Assembly: GCA_026770705.1 (NCBI GenBank)
Contig: JANJGN010000029.1
Span: 17,298,118-17,362,000, forward strand
From: Isurus oxyrinchus
Lineage: Eukaryota
Direction of reading: 5' to 3'
Length of the DNA stretch: 63,883 nucleotides
The position numbers and the translations under genes were made by a program. Below the pieces are notes generated by a model. That model did no database searches and was not told the DNA's origin. It saw only the letters and a program-made list of their open reading frames with translations. Shown here piece after piece: positions 60,153 through 63,883 of the stretch. Each line of letters opens with the position of its first letter. Within the stretch, counting starts at the first letter, position 1.

Positions 60153-60431
60153 CACTTGTCATGCTGTCAGTCACATTGACCACCACCACTGACGTTCTTG
60201 TTCCCAACGTATTCTCTGCAGAGCAGGTGTAGTTCCCCTGGTCACTGAGTGAGATGTTCTCCACTTTGATCTTCAGTTGATTTGTTTGCTTGGTCTGCAA
60301 AACTGTTCCATTGAAGCTCCAAGACATTCGGGCTATCGGGTTGCTATCGGATATACAAAGAAGTTCGAGCAGGTCACCTTTCCTCTTCAGAACATCTTTC
60401 CCTGGTTGCACCTTGAGACTTACAGGTCCAT
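60153..60431 (-). CDS. IgSF receptor: C2/I-set domain exon
   Basis: Acceptor CTTTTCTAACAG; splicing creates a YGP linker; LELLCISDSNPIARMSW...DQGNYTCSAEN; donor G|GTTTGT at phase 1 (donor position less certain). Confidence 0.85.
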
Positions 60432-61289
60432 CTGTTAGAAAAGAGCATTGCAAAATCACCAGACAAAGATCATATTAAAGCCCCACCTCTAGAATAAACT
60501 TTACTGAAAACAGTGGATATAAGTAACACACTCCTGTCTCATGACAGAATTGTTCCTCAGCATGTTCACAAGCCAAACAGACCAGAAGGACATTGCTGTC
60601 TGATGTCTACTCAATGTCGAGTTGGGCAACCCCAGCTAGGGCAGCACGAAGAGCTGGAACTGGCCTCAGTGCTCCTTAGCTAGGAAAAGGAAAAAAATCA
60701 GCCAAAGTTCCTGGTCATCATTCAGCAATCCCTGCTTCCAAAGTAGAAAGCATTTGGCTATGTTTTGGATAGCCTACTAATGCTCACCATCTTTGTTCAC
60801 AGGTAAATACCAGCCACTCGGGGAAGGTCACAGATCAACAAAGAAGGAGGCCATTCAGTCCATGTTGGCTATTTGGCAGAGCAATCTAATTGGTGTTACT
60901 CCCCCTGTGCCTTTCCCATAGCCCTGCAAATTTAAAAAAATATATATTCATGGGATGTGGGCATTGCTGCCAAGGCCAACATTTATTACCCCATCCTTAT
61001 ATCCCTTGGAAGGTGGCAGCGAGCCGTCTTCTTGAACCATTGCAATCCATGTGGTGTTGGTAAGTCCACAGTGCTATTAGTTTTCAAGTGCATATCCAAT
61101 TCCCTTCTGAAAGTTACGACTGAATCTGCTTCCAACGCCCTTTCAGGCAGCGCATTCCAGATCACAACAATTTGCTGCATGAAAAAGACATTAGAAAATA
61201 CTTGGCACATGTCCAGGGCTGGTCCAGCAAGGAGTCAGCACCAAGCAGGAAGGAGGAAGAATTAGTTATTCTGCCTGTGCAGTACTTAC

Positions 61290-61589
61290 ATGAAACTTGG
61301 AGCTTCAGCACCTTCAGTATCTTCTTAAATTCATGAGTGATCTGGCAAGTAATTGTTTTACCGTCGTCTTTTGCTTGTGGTACAAATGCAATTGTAGACA
61401 TAGCATTGAAGGTTCCATCACATTGAGCATTGACAGATAACAGAGTGTTTCCTTCTAGTTGACTCTTGTCCATCAGCCAATCCACCTGAATGTCTCTTGG
61501 ATAAAACCCAATCATATTCATTTGCAGCATCATGGGCTTGTTCACTTCCATTGGGGACATTTGGAAAAAAGTCTCAGAAATTGGTACAG
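61290..61589 (-). CDS. IgSF receptor: C1-set-like domain exon
   Basis: Acceptor TTTTGTTCTTTAAG, donor T|GTAAGT, 300 nt, phase 1/1. Motifs GFYPRDIQVDW, DGTF, DDGKTITCQITH. Confidence 0.88.
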
Positions 61590-63154
61590 CTTAAAGAACA
61601 AAAGAGAAAAGTATTGAAGTACTTTGTCACAACAGGAGGAATAACAAGAGCAGACTTGTGAAATCACCCAGCTGTCAGTTCATATATTTGGAACTAATTA
61701 GTTACCATGGCTTGTATTTAAGGATATTGATACCTTAAAAAAGTTGAGAATTAATATTTGTTCTTGTGTCAGACCAGTCGTTCTCCTCTCTCATCCTGGT
61801 CCCAAGCTGAAAGCACCAACTCATGCCAGGCGATGGTACAAAGAGTGCAGTTGCCCATCTGCTCACCTCCCCAAATAGCCAGATGAATGCCTTTAGGCAC
61901 TGAGTTGCTACATGTTTTCAACCACAACCATGCCAAGTGTGTCCTTGCAACCAGGGCAACACACAGACAGTCCTGCAGAGGTTGTTGGATAGCAACTGAC
62001 AACAACAACTTACATTTATAAGAAGCGCCTTCAACATCATTAAGTATCCCAAGGTGCTTCACAGGAGTGTTATCAAACAAACTTCAATAGGAGCCACATA
62101 AGCTCGGTCAAAAAAAGAGGTTTTAAGGAGTGCCTTGAAGAAAAAGAGATGTAATATGGTGGAGAGGTTAAGGAAGGGATCTCCAGAGCTTAGGCCCTTG
62201 GCAGCTGAAGGCAGAGCCACAAACAGTGCAGCATGGAACCACAAGAGGCCAGAATTGGAGGAGCACCGAGGTTATAGGGAAGGAGGGGATTACAGAGATG
62301 GGGAGGGGTAACCAGGAGTCATCTGCCATTTCCTCCTCCCAGTCAGGGATCCCAAGGCCCAATTTTACCAACTGTCAGCAGCCAACTCAGTACAGGCTAG
62401 AGATCAAATCCAAGACTTTCCTAATCTCTGTCAGCTGGCTACTTTGTAAATTTGCTGAGCCATGCTCATTCTTCGTCTTTCACACATTGTTCCCCAGGGT
62501 GAAAGGGCAGTAGGTTGATTCCCTGCTCATATACTTTTTCAAAAATCACACAATAGACAATCTCAACAGTAGGGCCGCTTTTCAAATGACAACAAAGCAT
62601 TCCCAATTCTGGAATGTTGAACACATCATTCAGCGAGCAGCTGAGAAATGCAGGTGAAGAAAGTGTTGGGGTTTATACCTGGCCTGTTCCTGGTTAGTGC
62701 ATCTTAGCCAGGGGGTCTTAGTAGTCAGCCTGACCACTCTGGGTCTGGAAGGTGCAAATAAGACAAACTCCCCAGCCATTACTGCCTTTAGGTGGGGCCT
62801 GCTAGAAAGGTGTGTGTGGACTTTGAACCCAATCCATGTTCCGCCCAATGCCAAACAGGTCTTCTCAAGATCATGAGTCTCTTCAAGGGCTCCGTACAGC
62901 AACAGATGGTCAATTTCCTTACTGAATGATTGGGTGGGAGACTCAGGGGGTTTGCACTAGTGCATTAAGCAGTTAACCAAAAGCCCAATTCCAGGTATCA
63001 TTGGACATCAGGCATCATTACAGGCTGTCCACCAATATCCAATCATCCAAGGATAAGTTTATTCCTAATGTGGAAGTCCTGCTTTCATCCAAATTGGTAA
63101 CATGATGGCTGTGCACCCACTATGGGGGCCTGATTTCAACAGACCAGCACTCAC

Positions 63155-63565
63155 CTTTGATAATCACCTGTGTCACCTCAGGCACCCCTTTAACTTCAGC
63201 TTTTATCTTGTTAACTGGGTCACAGAAATAGAATCCAGCATCTGACACAAGTAATTCTTTGATGCGGAGTTGGGCAGTGTGAAGGGAAGTAATCAAGCTC
63301 TCGTAACGTGAAGGGAGATGACATTGCTTTATGAAATCAAGAGTATTCACAATGACATGGGCATTTTTACGGTCTTCAGGATGTTTATAATGCAGCCATT
63401 TCACAAACTGTCGCTCAGCTACCATTCTTTTGGAGAAATTTGTGATCACTTTGGGTTCCAAAGTCGGCCTTTGGATGGAGTCTGCAAACTTGCAAGTGAT
63501 TATCAAATCTTCCTTTATTACACCATAGGCTTTCTTTATAAGTTGTGCATTGCTGCTACTTTTCC
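63155..63565 (-). CDS. IgSF receptor: V-set domain exon
   Basis: Acceptor TTGTTTTCCAG, donor G|GTGAGT, 411 nt, phase 1/1. Motifs LIITC...VKW...LRIKELLVSDAGFYFC. Leader exon is probably beyond the window end. Confidence 0.88.
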
Positions 63566-63649
63566 CTGGAAAACAATTTAAAATTAACAAGGGAATGGAA
63601 TAGGTATTTAAAAATAATAAATCACCGCTCACGTCATCTCATTACAAAT

Positions 63650-63770
63650 GGAAAATACTGCGGGATGCTGAAAATCTACAATATTAATAGACAATGCTAG
63701 AAATACTCAGCAGGTCTGGCGTCTGTGGAGAGAGAAACAAAGTTAATGTTTCAGGTCTGTGACATTTCAC
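63650..63770 (-). mobile_element. Old Penelope 3' tail
   Basis: AATACTCAGCAGGTCTGGC..GTGGAGAGAGAAACAAAGTTAATGTTTCAGG matches the other tails. Confidence 0.7.
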
Positions 63771-63883
63771 TGGAATCTTTCATCTGAATGGTCCATTTGC
63801 TAAGATAGGGGATGGATGTCAGCGCCTTCAGTCAGCACCTTCAGGACAGCCTGGTATTAATGAAGATTGAATTAAATCAATCT

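Noticed and set aside
63155-63565. Rearranging Ig/TCR V segment or a Siglec V domain
   Set aside because: No RSS after the YFC motif and the exon splices directly to the next domain; it has FYFC rather than the Siglec F-strand Arg motif.

Overview
Eukaryotic, repeat-rich vertebrate DNA. The repeat content (CR1, L2, Deu-domain tRNA SINEs, Penelope-like elements) points to a cartilaginous fish; this is an inference. Three host genes can be reconstructed by hand from splice signals. (1) The first coding exon of a DOCK-C family GEF on the minus strand (MATSTERRAFAQKINR, most like DOCK6), with a CpG-rich promoter, a minisatellite and an ~840-bp G-rich tract in intron 1. (2) A 4-exon, ~213-aa Tctex1-domain dynein light chain gene on the plus strand (29062-46417). 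(3) A minus-strand immunoglobulin-superfamily receptor (V-C1-C2-TM plus at least three Tyr-bearing cytoplasmic exons, 63565-53922). It has an unusual V domain, a C1 domain lacking its first Cys, and an intron-split ITAM-like motif. The most striking non-genic structure is a recurring Penelope-like insertion type: two 3' ends pointing outward, one arm about 30 nt longer, inside a 12-14 bp target-site duplication, with minimal hammerhead-ribozyme motifs near the ends. It ranges from ~90-bp remnants to a 5.3-kb palindrome and appears in at least two families. Coordinates were counted by eye; repeat boundaries are approximate.
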